Assembly: GCF_006345805.1 (NCBI RefSeq)
Contig: NC_042998.1
Span: forward strand, 122,760,001-122,824,000
DNA: 64,000 nucleotides
From: Octopus sinensis
Lineage: Eukaryota
Reading direction: 5' to 3'
The position numbers and the translations under genes were made by a program. The notes beneath the pieces were generated by a model. The model was not told where the DNA came from. It ran no database searches and worked only from the letters and a program-made list of their open reading frames with translations. Positions 13,990-26,372 of the stretch are shown here, piece after piece (position 1 is the stretch's first letter; the number at the start of each line of letters is the position of its first letter).

Positions 13990-14525
13990 CTCGGAAAGTT
14001 CGTGAGGAACCCATTGACCCAATTTGCTGACTTTTCCGATAGCACACAGGTCTCAATGAATGGTTGAATGACCAAATCCAAGCTTCTCTGCTAGTTCCTC
14101 AACAGTTACGATGAGATTTTGTTCCACCAGGGTTTTCAGGATGTCCTTGTCGAGTTCTACAGATCTTTCAGGATGAGGCTCGTCTTCTAGGCTGTAGTTT
14201 ATGGCTCGGAATTCTGGAACCACCATTGACACTGCCTTACGCTTATTGTCCAATCCCCATATACTGCATTAATATTTCTTGTACTTTCCGTTGCGTTGTT
14301 GTCTTTATTGAACTCATAAAGCAAAATATGCCAAATATGCTCCTTTGTTACTTCCAACATAGCTTTGAAAAAAATAGCTGTTAAAATCGAAATGCACTCT
14401 TCAAAACTTGCACTATGAATAAGGACAAGATAAAATTACTACCTGCTTTTATAGCAAGTTAATATAAGTAGTTTATCCCATTCCCCTCTGACTTTTAGTT
14501 CAAGCTGTTGAAAAAACCGCATTAT
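13990..14525 (-). pseudogene. Mariner transposon 5' part with transposase remnant
   Basis: MLEVTKEHIWHILLYEFNK...SLEDEPHP...TVEELAEKLGFGHSTIH*...KLGQWVPHEL (WVPHEL is a mariner signature). Confidence 0.9.
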
Positions 14526-14891
14526 TATATATATATACATACATACATACATACATATACACACACACTCTCTCTCTCACACACATGCACACATTTATAT
14601 TCTGTTATTCTTTTATATGTTTCAGCCTTGAGGTTGTGGCCATGCTGGATCATGTGTGTGTGTGTGTCTATCTGTCTGTCTGTCTGTATGTATATATGTA
14701 TATGTATGTGTGTGAACAATAATATTTTCAACAGATGTGTTGCAAATGTATCTGATTGTTCTCAAGCTTCAATACTGTGTGTGTGTGTATGTGTGTGTGT
14801 GTATGTATGTATGTATATGTATGTATGTATGTATATGTATGTATGTTTGTATGTATGTATGTGTGTGTGTATGTATGTATGTGTGTGTGTA

Positions 14892-14922
<31 letters not shown>

Positions 14923-15184
14923 ATGTATGAGTGTATGTTTACTTTATTACTAACACAAGCCACTACGGTTATTTAATGTAAAGTCTTCCTCAAATCACTC
15001 TCTCTCGCTATTTACTCTCTTCCAAGAACATTTTCACTCACTCTTATGTCTTAGCTTCACATACATTTTACTCATGTATCTATCAGCGTCATAGACAGAA
15101 ACAAATATTACATCGCCATCGTCACCGCATTCTATTGTCTACCTGTCAACACACTGAATTACTTTCACTTTATTCGTAGCACAC

Positions 15185-15680
15185 TGTGTGTGTGCGTTTG
15201 CGTGTGCTGTAAACCAGACTAAGAAAAGCATTTGACATACACACCAGAATGTGAGTTTTCTGTAAATTTTGCTTAATTGGAGTTTAAATTTTAAAAACTG
15301 GACCTGGCATGACCCGATGCATTCTACTCTTAAAAATGCTAGGTAAATTGTAATTGAAGAAATCCTATATTGTAGATTTCTATAAGATACAAAGGGAGGC
15401 AGATAAAATCTGCCTTTTATAATAAGAGATATATCTCTTATTATAAAAGGCAGATTTTATCTGCCTCCCTTTGTCAGTTATAGAAATCTACAATATAGGA
15501 TTTCTTCAATTACAATTTACTTAGCATTTTTAAGAGTAGAATGCATCGGGTCATGCCAGGTCCAGTTTTTAAAATTTAAACTCCAATTAAGCAAAATTTA
15601 CAGAAAACTCACATTCTCGTGTGTATGTCAAATGCTTTTCTTAATGTGGTTTACACCACACGCAAACGCACACACACACA
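15185..15680. repeat. ~500-bp palindrome of two head-to-head Helitron-like 5' ends
   Basis: Centre gagatatatctc (15431/15432). Each arm begins TCTCTTATTATAAAAGGCAG and the arms pair for ~245 bp. Confidence 0.85.
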
Positions 15681-15759
15681 AACGGAGCGAACTGTTTCAC
15701 TGACGCTATCACCCTTCTCCTCCTTTGTCTTTGCAAGTTTGCAGCTATTAAAGTGAAAA

Positions 15760-16085
15760 CAGTGAATCCGACAGCGATAAAGAAAACGAATTGGTACCTG
15801 AATGGAGTGAAAATTTAAAAACTGTTTCTTTCGGTGATTTTTCTGAAGAAACTGCACCAAGCCACAGACTTTCCCAGAAGAGTAAAGCCTTAAACTATTT
15901 CTATTTACTTTTTCGAATGAGCCTATTTGAAATCATTATGGCAGAAACGAACCGTTACGCTAAACGTAAACAAAACGAAAGAAAGGATAGTTTGTTATTT
16001 CCCACAACCTTAAATGAAATTAAGGCCTATTTTGCCATAAATATTATTATGGGTATCAGAAAGTTACCCAGAATAACAAATTCTA
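15760..16085 (+). pseudogene. piggyBac-like (PGBD-type) transposase N-terminal fragment
   Basis: SESDSDKENELVPEWS...YFYLLF...IMAETNRYA...PTTLNEIKAYFAINIIMGIRKLP matches the piggyBac N-terminal consensus (ETNRYA; E...F.I.I.MG..KLP). Confidence 0.85.
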
Positions 16086-16125
16086 TCGTAAAATTTTCTT
16101 GTATACCCAATTGAATATTAGCTAA

Positions 16126-16413
16126 TAACCCATTTTCTATAGCGATGTTTGAACAAAATTTTAATAATTTAATATATTGTTGAATTTACCTGTATCTACC
16201 TGCAATTAGAGTCACTTTGTGACAAAAATTATAGTATAGAATTGGTTGAGGACATTTCATTAAATTATCTTCCAAAAATCAGATTAATATATTGATAAAT
16301 AAAAAAGTTATTGTTGTTTAATGAAACCAGACTAAATTTATGATTACGTTAGAAATTAATTGAAACACATAAGGGGTGTATTTTGGTCAGAAATATGGTA
16401 ACGAAAGGGTTAA
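16126..16413. mobile_element. TTAA-ended piggyBac-type MITE fragment
   Basis: Right end ggtaacgaaaggg|TTAA (16410-16413). Left end uncertain. Confidence 0.4.
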
Positions 16414-16521
16414 GAAAAACCAAAAAATATTTTATTCTTTATAAATGTTGTATTCAAAATAACATTTTCTTTTAAGAATGCGTATATAACAAAGTATGTG
16501 TATATAACTACGTGGCTTATA

Positions 16522-16916
16522 TCTTTATATATAAGAGTGAAGTTGTGTGTCTGTCTCCTACGATTTATATTCGTAACTACTCCCACATTTTGCGGTGCAG
16601 TGTAACCAAAACCGGGTATCTTATAGTCGTGAGTCATATCGAGCCCTTCTGGGTATTAGCGCGCGTCTACGATGAGTCTATGATTTAAAAACATTTACCA
16701 TCATATTTTTCCATTTTAATGCATTTTTCCGCTATTATATAAGGGAAGTAACTCTCTAAAAATATCTACGATGTGTCAACGATTTAAAAAGAAATTTACC
16801 GTAATTTGTTTTCCATTTTTAATGCATTTTTTCCTATTTTTTGGCTATAACTCTCTAAAAATGCTTATATAGTTATTTCCCTTACAAACCCGAGCAACGC
16901 CGGGCGATACTGCTAG
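16522..16916 (+). mobile_element. Non-autonomous Helitron-type element
   Basis: a|TCTTTATATATAAG ... cccgagcaacgccggg hairpin ... CTAG|t, with no TSD. Confidence 0.8.
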
Positions 16917-17088
16917 TATATATATAAGAGGATAAGATAAGAGGAAAAAAATCTATCAGAAAGGAACTCTATCTCTCTTAAAAAATATCTTTTGATAAGC
17001 ATAACAAATGCGTAACCGGTAAAAAGAACTCTCACCTAATTAAATTACTTAAATTACTTAAATTATTTTGTCAGCATTTTCTTCATTT

Positions 17089-17167
<79 letters not shown>

Positions 17168-17194
17168 TGTATTACAAATGAGCTGTTTTAATGT

Positions 17195-17775
17195 AAAAGA
17201 TAAATATTAATTTATTTCTTCCGTTTTATTCCCAAATCCTCTCACTTTCCAATGTAGAAGCGTCATAATATGACGTTACTTTTGGTTATCGCTTTCGTAT
17301 CACTCTTCTACTACTCAAACGTCTTTTAACCGGTACCTGTCTGTCACTTTATTTTATATCGAATTTTCTGTCTATGTTTCTTTATGTCATCTAATTTTTA
17401 TTAGCAAAGCTGAAGTGTCAGCTTAAAGAACTGAGTGACTTCACTTTCATTGATATTTTGGGGGTAAATGTCAGCCTACGTTATCATTGATTTGCACTTG
17501 AGGCAAAAAAGTTGTTAATCAAACCAATACAACGTGTTTGTTCACGCGATTCGGAGCTTCCTACACTCAATCTCACTTTACACAAATAGCATTTTTCTGA
17601 AAAGTGGTCTTTTCGTTGTCTCTCATTACGCCTTCTAGACAATTCACACGAAATTTTACTACTTGCACGAAGTAAAATCTCAAAAGCATTCTCGAATGGA
17701 ATAGCGACAAACCAGCTCCTCTTAATTGTAACAAGACAGAATTCAAGCGTATATCAACAGTCTTGTATTAATCAT
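17195..17775 (+). repeat. Diverged direct duplicate of 30197-30770
   Basis: Colinear similarity, e.g. aacgtcttttaaccggtacctgtctgtcactt and tgttaatcaaaccaatacaacgtgtttgttc. Confidence 0.85.
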
Positions 17776-18081
17776 CAAGTTGTCGTGTCACACACACACA
17801 CACACACATATATATATCTGTATATATAAAAGGCAAGACGTGTGTGCGTGTGTGTACGTGAATGTAGTTTATGTACATCCACAAATTAGCACGCATGTCG
17901 CTCAAATTTTAAGAGGATATTCGTCACAACGCTAGCTGTATTTTCCTCAAATTATTTTCCCCCGAGGCACCAGTGAATAGCGGTAAAAATAATTTTGACC
18001 CGTAACTTCTAACAATTTTCAAGTTGGAGAAATACATCATCATTTGCAAATATGAGTTAAGTCCCCTTCTAGCGACGGTGT

Positions 18082-18138
<57 letters not shown>

Positions 18139-18339
18139 GAGATAACAGATTTTTCAAATTTCTTCTTTTTAGTGAGTGATTGGCAGGCAAAAACATACAG
18201 ACAGGGGTTATGTATGTGTGTATGTATGTATGTATGTATGTATGTATGTATGTGTATGTATGTATGTGTGAATGGCTTCGGTCACACACACGAACATGTA
18301 TGCGTACAAAACACATGTATGCAATGTGTGTCGTGTTGC

Positions 18340-18406
<67 letters not shown>

Positions 18407-18449
18407 TATAATATATATAGCGAGAAAAAAGAAACAAGAATGGATAGGT

Positions 18450-18540
18450 TTTTAGTACAATCGTTTCATACAAGGACAGGCTTTATTAAAAGTTGCAAAA
18501 ATTGCAGCATATAAACGTGTCCCGTACTCATCAGCTAAAA
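18450..18540 (-). ncRNA. Type I hammerhead ribozyme (inverted copy of 21123-21213)
   Basis: Reverse complement of the 21123-21213 motif. Confidence 0.8.
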
Positions 18541-20031
18541 TACATGTGAGTTCTCTAGACATCCTAGTGGTTGAGGCTATACTCATGAAGTAATGTAGAT
18601 AATTAAGTAACATAAACAGATTTCCAAAGTTCATTAAAGTTCTTTAAAGATGATGTACAGTCTTATCACAGAATTTTAAAAAAGTTTTAATAGCATCACA
18701 GAGAAGGTGACTTAATCCATAGTGTACATATGAATTTCCAGAGATATGAGGAGGGATTACATACTCACAGACGACAAATTCATCCATTGCTAATCACAAC
18801 GAGGTGGGTCTCAATTCCTGCTTATTAGCATTACAGAGAGGGTGAATTAATCCTTTGTATAGATGCACAATTTCCAATGGTGTAGATGTAAATTTCCAGA
18901 GAAATGAAGAGGAATTTCATATTCACAGACGATAAATTTATCAATGGTTGAACACAATGAGGTAGGTATCAATTCTTGCTATATGATTAGGTATTTGCCA
19001 CATTAATCACATTACTGCTATTTTCAAGAGACTGTAGCTATTTAACTTTTAAAGGCTGAAGGGCTTTCTAGAGAGGCAAAGAACAGAAAGGGAAGGAAAG
19101 AGAGGAAAAGAGAGAAAATAAAGGAGGAGGGAGCAAAAAAGGGGGGGGACTAAAAGAGAAGAGAAAAGGAAAAAGAAAAAAAGAAAAAAGAGAATAAGAA
19201 GAAAAAAAAGAAAAAAGAGAAAAGAGAAAGAAAGAGGGAAAGAAGGGAGAAAAGAAAAAGAAAAAAAGAAAAAAAGAGGGTTCTAGTTATACAGAAGAAT
19301 TAGTAGACGGCAAGTCTGGTTTTAATTTGCAGGCATCTAGGAACTAGAGGAGAATATTATTCCTTGACCAGTAAGACAGCTAATTTATTGCTAACGTGAC
19401 GCCGTTGAAAGCAGCTATGAATTTAAAGAGAATCTAAAGAGATAACAAGGTCAGGGGTATAGGGGTCAAAGGCTAAAATCAAAAGAAAATACATTAGGAA
19501 AATCTAAGTATAATCTTATCAAAAAGTCATTAAAATTTATTTATTTAATTTATTCATTTTACTGTCTTAAGGAGTTGCCGTTATTATTCATACATTGACG
19601 GACTACAGGTCAAATCTTAGAAGATCATTTACAAGGTGTTAGGGAATTGTCTATCATAATGAAGATAATCATACTATCATCGAGGGAGTAGCCTTATTTA
19701 TTTAATTTTGAAATAGAATTATGGGGCTTTAGTAACTCATTTTATTTTTATTAAAGTTATGCTACTTAAATTAGATTAAGTTAAGAATTAAAAATTAAAA
19801 ATTAAAATTAAGATTTAAAATTAAGATTTAAAATTATGAATTTGAAATTAAATAAAGACTCAATTAAGCAGCGTATAAGTACTATTCATTTCCCTGTTCT
19901 CAAAAAACTGATGCAGATATAAGGAAAAAGATAACTGTAGTGTGAGAACTCTTAGTTATCTACTTAAAGCAGTGCTATACTAGTAAAAATCAAGTTATAT
20001 CTATCTATCTATCTAGTTACGAATATTCTAA

Positions 20032-20720
20032 TCATTTAAAATATTTTAAAGTCTTCAATTTAGCGTGGACACAAACTTGACCTAGTTCGATATGGTTATT
20101 CAATAAGTTTCTATGTTTTCTATGCTTTAGAATTTCATACGTCTCCATGGAGCATAGTTGGCAACCAACCCTGCTATTTTTATACGGAATTGCTCTCCTA
20201 ACTATTTCCCAATTAAGGTTATAATTATTGTTATTATTTTTGAGTTCCCAGATTTTGTTTGAAAGTGTGGTGGTACCAGCTTTATGACGTAATTTAAAAG
20301 ACGAGATGTGATTTCTAACTCTGGCTAGAAAATTAATTGTACATCCAATGTAAAAATATTGTTATTCTCCGTGGATATGGTACATTTATAGATTACGTTA
20401 TTTTCCCCGCATAGACCAGGTGCCGGGCATTTTGATTTTATTCTACACTTACACACAGGAGGAACAACTTCAGGTTTTGGATTATTCTTGGGTAGATGTC
20501 TTAGGTTCCTATTATTTTGATTATCATGAGTATAATTGTCCTTATTGTTATTAATATTTCTATAGTTGGTGCTGATATCTAAAGTATTGCTATTATTTAT
20601 TGATCCTTCTGTTTCATCTTTTAGGTCTAAAGTCCTACCATGATTTCTTATATTATTGGCAATGTTACTATTATTGTTAGTCTTTTTATCCGACTGCATA
20701 TTGTTGTTATAGATATCACA
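20032..20720 (-). pseudogene. Penelope ORF C-terminus: Asn-rich linker plus GIY-YIG endonuclease (one frameshift ~20360)
   Basis: CKCRIKSKCPAPGLCGENNVIYKCTI / YFYIGCTINFLARVRNHISSFK...TTLSNKIWELK...WEIVRRAIPY...CQLCSMETYEIL...LLN...CVH. Confidence 0.9.
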
Positions 20721-21122
20721 GATAAATTTATCGTCTGTGAATATGAAATTCCTCTTCATTTCTCTGGAAATTTACATCTACACCATTGGAAATTGTGCAT
20801 CTATACAAAGGATTAATTCACCCTCTCTGTAATGCTAATAAGCAGGAATTGAGACCCACCTCGTTGTGATTAGCAATGGATAAATTTGTCGTCTGTGAGT
20901 ATGTAATCCCTCCTCATATCTCTGGAAATTCATATGTACACTATGGATTAAGTCACCTTCTCTGTGATGCTATTAAAACTTTTTTAAAATTCTGTGATAA
21001 GACTGTACATCATCTTTAAAGAACTTTAATGAACTTTGGAAATCTGTTTATGTTACTTAATTATCTACATTACTTCATGAGTATAGCCTCAACCACTAGG
21101 ATGTCTAGAGAACTCACATGTA

Positions 21123-21213
21123 TTTTAGCTGATGAGTACGGGACACGTTTATATGCTGCAATTTTTGCAACTTTTAATAAAGCCTGTCCTTGTATGAAAC
21201 GATTGTACTAAAA
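21123..21213 (+). ncRNA. Type I hammerhead ribozyme (intact-looking)
   Basis: ttttag CTGATGA gtac gggaca ... tgtcct tgtat GAAA cgattg TA ctaaaa. 6-bp helix I, extended helix II, GUA site. Confidence 0.85.
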
Positions 21214-22549
21214 ACCTATCCATTCTTGTTGCTTTTTTCTCGCTTATAATCACCCCACATTACTGTATTGTTAAAACCGTATAGTTTTTTGGTGCATCTA
21301 AGTTAGGTACCATATTCAAGTAAATTCATTTAAATTGACTTGAATCTTTATTGCTTTTTATAAATATATATATATATATATGTACAATATAAACTATATT
21401 TTCCGTTTCTCCACAACTAATTTCCAATTTAGCTGAATCAGTTGCTCTACTCATAGCGACATATAGCTGGTCGTGTGTGAACATGGGAGAGAGCACATTT
21501 ACCTGAGCAAAGATCCTAGGTGCTTACTGTAGACACGCTTCTTTGCAAACGATCAGCTATTATTTTGTAAACAATGTTTCGAAACTGTTCATATTTTCGA
21601 AAGGAGAGATCTGACTCTCTCATCTCTGCGGGAGAAGGTAGACCTCTCTATTCCTCTTACAAAACTTACGTCCCGGTCCCAAATTTGCTTCTATCGATGG
21701 TTTACTCGAGTAGGGGGGTGGAACAGGGGCAGGGGCAAGAGCGTACAAAAAACATGTATACAATAGGTGTATGTGCGTATATGTTTGTGTGTGTGTGTGT
21801 GTGTGTATTGCCCATATATTTATATTTAGCTGTGATCTGAACATAACTGCTTCTCACACAGAGGATCGAGAGCCCTTGCTGGAAGGGTTCTCCACCCATG
21901 GGCAAAGGGGGTTACATGATGGGGGGTAGTGTTTTCAAAAGGGTGGGTATATGCAACCTGATCACCTCTGCCGATCAAACTCCCAACCCATACGCTCCCG
22001 TCGTGACACTGATTCTGCAGAACTGAGTTGGGTATGAAAACCAACTTTAATGTATAAATATTGATGTTTTTGAATCAGCAATGTTGTGTTCGGTTAAGTC
22101 CTATTTGGGGTGAAAAATCAATAAACTGATTCCTTATGGGGTTTTACATTTAATCAGGATTACAAAATCGATAAACTGATTCCTTATAGGATTTTCTTTT
22201 AAAATTTGCTACACCTCATTTTCAAACATAACTTTTACCAATTTTGATGTATTTTGTTCAAACTTGATGCCAGCATTACTTAGGACTCATGGGATCTTTG
22301 AAGACTTTAAGTTCTCCAAAAATGAAAAAAAAAAAACAAAATCGATGAGTGAAAAAAAATCGATAAACCGATTCCTTATGAGATTTTCCAATCAAATTGT
22401 CTGCAACTCATTTTCAGCCAAAGGTTTACCAATTTCAGCGGATTTCGCTCAAATTTGACGTCGATGTTACTTCGTTTGGTTTGAAATAAAGAGCTTGATT
22501 AGCTTAATAATCCTAACTTAATCCTGAGCAAAGCCGGGCTACACTGCGA

Positions 22550-22614
<65 letters not shown>

Positions 22615-23080
22615 TACTCAGATACATTATATAATTTGCTGAAGTTACTCAAGAAGCATCAGGTGGTCGTATTAATCTAGAATACAGATTTAGTTCAGGG
22701 TATTCCTCTTCTCAACACAACGAGACAGAAAATGTAATTTAGTTACAAATGTGACGTTGTTGGTAAAACATGTTCTTTGTCTATCTCCTTATCCTCTTGG
22801 AGGTTTTGGATAAAATTATACTAATGAGTCCTTCGAATTTAATTAAATTCTATATTTTTGTGCAGCTGAAGATTGCTCTACATTTTAAAGTGATGTAATG
22901 TTTGCATTGTTCAATTAAATGGAGCCGCATGAAACGATCGTACTGCATTACCTCTGGATATCCTTGTTGCTTACTTTGATTATACTCATCTTATTTCAAG
23001 TTGTATGGATAATACCATACTAAATTCTGGTACCTTCAACTAAAGTACCATATTCATGTGAAACTAAATTTTATATATAT
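22615..23080 (+). mobile_element. Penelope-like pseudo-LTR (solo) with hammerhead
   Basis: HHR at 22861-22947. Post-HHR tail ctggtacc...aagtaccatattca is shared with 21290-21320 and 29370-29400. Confidence 0.6.
22861..22947 (+). ncRNA. Type I hammerhead ribozyme
   Basis: tgcag CTGAAGA ttgctc...ggagccgcat GAAA cgatcg TA ctgca. Perfect helix I and palindromic helix III ACGATCGT; base of helix II imperfect. Confidence 0.75.
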
Positions 23081-23149
23081 TCCGTATGTAGGTTTTTGGG
23101 GTTTGTGTAAAAAAACAACCTTCATTTTTATCACTTGACTTTGTTCAAT

Positions 23150-25150
23150 CTGGTCAAATAATGGTTATGTAGGGACTTTTCTCTCTTAATACATGTATAA
23201 TTCTATTTTAAATACTTTTATTTGTTGCCCGTCTTGATTCTAAAAAATATCTTGTAACTTTAGTTCATGTTTCTCTGCCTTTAAGGTTGTCTCTGTTAGT
23301 GCTACATATTTTTAAACCCCAAATTAGATAACTTGTAATGATTTTCTAGTTGCAGAAAGACACCTACATAACTTTTCTTTTCGTGCTTTTGTGTGGTAGG
23401 TCTAAATACAGTTATTATTTGTTTTTGTTCGTATTCCTTTCTAATCTCACCAATCCACTTTATTACAATTATAACTTATTACCGGGACAGCTAGATTATT
23501 GTATCTCTTAACTTATCTTACTTTTATTTAGATATGTTTTAAGTTATAATCAAAAATATTTACAAAATTTTCCTAATATTTTCTTTTATATGTGTGTGCT
23601 GTATTTTATCTAGTTCAATAATTCATAAAGTATCTATATATGTATGTTTAGTCTAATTCGTTTATCTCTGTTTCTTTATCTCACGCCAAATGAGTTATTT
23701 ACTAGCTTCCCTATCTTTAAAGTTTCTTTCATGCATTTTTCTAAATTGAATTTAGTGTCAACTATTCTACTTAATCTGTATTCTGTAGCAGTGTTTTCAG
23801 TTATTTATCATGTGCAGCATATAACATGTAGACATGTTTCCATGCAATTGTTGATTCTCTTATCATAGCAGTTTTACAAATCTGATCTTACTTATGCTGG
23901 TTAAAACTTTTAATGCCTGGCTAACCAGTAATTGGAGAAAGGGAGTTACCTGGAGTAGGCCTCCTTTATTAGGGAAGGAAGTGATTTGCTATGAGTGTAA
24001 TTTCAGAATGGTTCCCATTGATTCGTGATATATTTGATGTTCCTACTTCTGTTTCGAGATTCCAGGGGTGGAGCACACTATCTTAGCGCATATTACTTGT
24101 TAATTTCTAGCGCTGGAGTTACTTCTGGTATTGTTGCATTGCTTGATTTCTTGTGTGAGACGATATATCTACTGTATACAGTATTCCACAGCTTCTTCTA
24201 ATTTTCTTGCTCTTTCACTCCTATTTTGATTTTAATTATCAAAATAAGAGTGGACTTTTTATATAGACAAAATAAATTTGGGTTAGTAAAAAAACAAACA
24301 ATTTATTTGGTTCATAGGATCACCGTCGTTTTCTATAACGAGAGACGTTTGTACATTTTTGTGAGAGTATATATTACTTTACATGACCATTGAATTCGGG
24401 TAGTTCTTTTTAATGTATTTCTACAGTATTTCTTACTTTTGTTTTAAATTTCCGTTGTTATTTTAAACGCTGAGTAATATTATTTTCTACTTTGCACGAT
24501 AATTCTACTTTCTGAATTTTTTTGCTTGGGTTTAGATATTAGTGTATTGGTAGATATACACTCTTTCTTCTAAGTGATATATTTCTAAATGTGTTATAAT
24601 TATGCTATTCATTTTGTATATTCTTAAATTGGCAAGATTGTGGGTACCTAGAGTTAATTTTACATTAAGATTATTAATATAGGTGTGCGCTATGATAATC
24701 ATATTGCGACATAGGGTGTAACTGAGAACTATAGGTGCAGGTTGTATAGAATCATTTTCTTTTTGCGTACATTTCTGTTTCATTTGTCACTCTCGAAATT
24801 TATTGCATTGTGCTGGTTTATTTTGTTCTACCAAAGTAAATTTTGCATCCGTCATTTTCAGATTAAATTTCAAAGTATCTCGGGGGCGAATGATATATAT
24901 TTTATGTCAATTAGAAATTCATTTTCTGTAATCGTAGTATGATAGTGAACTGAATCACCATGGTGGCATTTTTTATCCTTTTTCCGTTATAAGTGATGTT
25001 TTGTAAACGTTGTTATTCATCACCAATTAGCCGCCACATACTAACATTCAGAACCCCAGTTGTAATATAAAATTTCAATAATTCGATATTTTACATAAAC
25101 AAATATATATTTTAATATGCTTGATATTTGCTTCAGATTCTCTTCGTTTT
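23150..25150 (-). pseudogene. Highly decayed R4/Dong-like non-LTR retrotransposon RT
   Basis: Broken motifs on - strand: DSVLHPW (~24070), GLLQ.NSLSP (~23950), ELDKIQHTHIKENIRK (~23600), NNLAVPVISY (~23490). Upper boundary uncertain. Confidence 0.55.
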
Positions 25151-25249
25151 TATTTCATTACTGAAATGATTATAAGAGCAAAGATTTATTGGATAAATCT
25201 GTCGGCTTACATTTTGAAATATCTTTAGACAAGTTAGGACCAGCTAGCG

Positions 25250-26250
25250 TTGAGGGTCTCTGAACTGATAAACTATTTTGCTGATATATGGTCTAGTTCT
25301 GTGCTGACCCCTATGTAGATAGGCATTGAGCCAATTTTATGTGTAGGATGGCCATTCTAACCCTCAAAGTGGCAAAGAAGAAGGTGTCCCTGAAATGACA
25401 CGCAGAAATGGCGAGGGCATGTATCCCTTCCGTAACACATTATTACCTGACTATCTAGTGTGCACCAGTTATCGTTTGGCCAGATTGCAGTGTAGTGTCT
25501 GCATTTTCGTTTCTTGTTGAAGGAAAGTGTTCCACAACATAGCCAGTCTATCTCCATTCGTCATCCGCGGCGTGGATGCTTGGTATGCTGTGACAGATGA
25601 TACGCATGAATGCACTGAGGCCATGACATCTGCAGACATTTCTAAACGGTGAGTAGGTCTGGTCATGTTTTATCAGGCACGTTTCTCCATAGCATATCTC
25701 TTTAACGAAAGTGCGGTCATAGATCAAAGATACACGAGTGCCTTGCATCTGAGATATTATCACACAAAAACACTGGAACTGCTTGGATAGTGCAGTGGGT
25801 GTAATTTAATCTTAGCAATCAGATCTCTTTACAAAAGCATTCACGGTTCAGAAACTATAAAAATATTCCAGAAATCCCTAGCTTGGCAGAAACCTCTGCA
25901 GTGTCGGAAAGTACAGGGAATTTTCCATTATCTGGCGGATATATCGAAAACCGATGTGTGGTGAACACATTTAAAACGATTGAAAGCAGATAACTTCTTC
26001 TTCGTCAAAATCTTCCTGCGATGAATAGTCATAAATAATCAAATTAATTAATTATGATATAAATGCGCTTTGGTCATGTGCATTAATTATTTTCTTAAAT
26101 AGGAATAGCTGTTGTCAGTACACGATTTTATGGTCCAGTCAGAATACTGCAGTTTCAAATCGTTGCTGGATGAAGATTTGGCATGCTGCTGCAGGCTTTG
26201 CCATACTGTTTGTAGGTCTATCTGCTTTCGTTGGTCACTAGAGGGTTTAA
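25250..26250 (-). mobile_element. Possible decayed RTE-type LINE fragment
   Basis: Higher GC content and weak RTE C-terminal-like peptides (LSAFMRIICHSI..IH). Very degenerate. Confidence 0.25.
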
Positions 26251-26372
26251 CGAAGTTCTAACCCTGGTTATCTCTATTTAGATGGAATTTTAAAACGCAA
26301 AAAACAACCGAAAAAAAAAACACAGCAATGCATCTTGTTCGATGCTTTAACAATTCTACCGGTTCTCCTCAT

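Larger units (their letters stand above)
18419..21350 (-). mobile_element. Penelope-like element with inverted pseudo-LTRs
   Basis: Arms 18419-18942 and 20721-21244 are near-identical inverted copies (two mismatches noticed). GIY-YIG remnant lies between them and each arm has an HHR. Confidence 0.85.
17817..22550 (+). mobile_element. Probable Helitron-type element split by nested insertions (5' end ~17817, 3' part 22050-22550)
   Basis: 5' a|TCTGTATATATAAAAGGCAAG. 3' cctgagcaaagccggg hairpin then decayed CTAG (cgag|t). Three internal subrepeats aaaatc.ataaac.gattccttat. Confidence 0.4.

Noticed and set aside
21029-21211. Identical 60-aa ORF twice (also 18452-18634)
   Set aside because: It results from the inverted pLTR and overlaps the hammerhead; there is no coding evidence
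21400-22050. GC-richer non-coding blocks, probably TE-derived
   Set aside because: I could not assign a family or any motif from sequence alone
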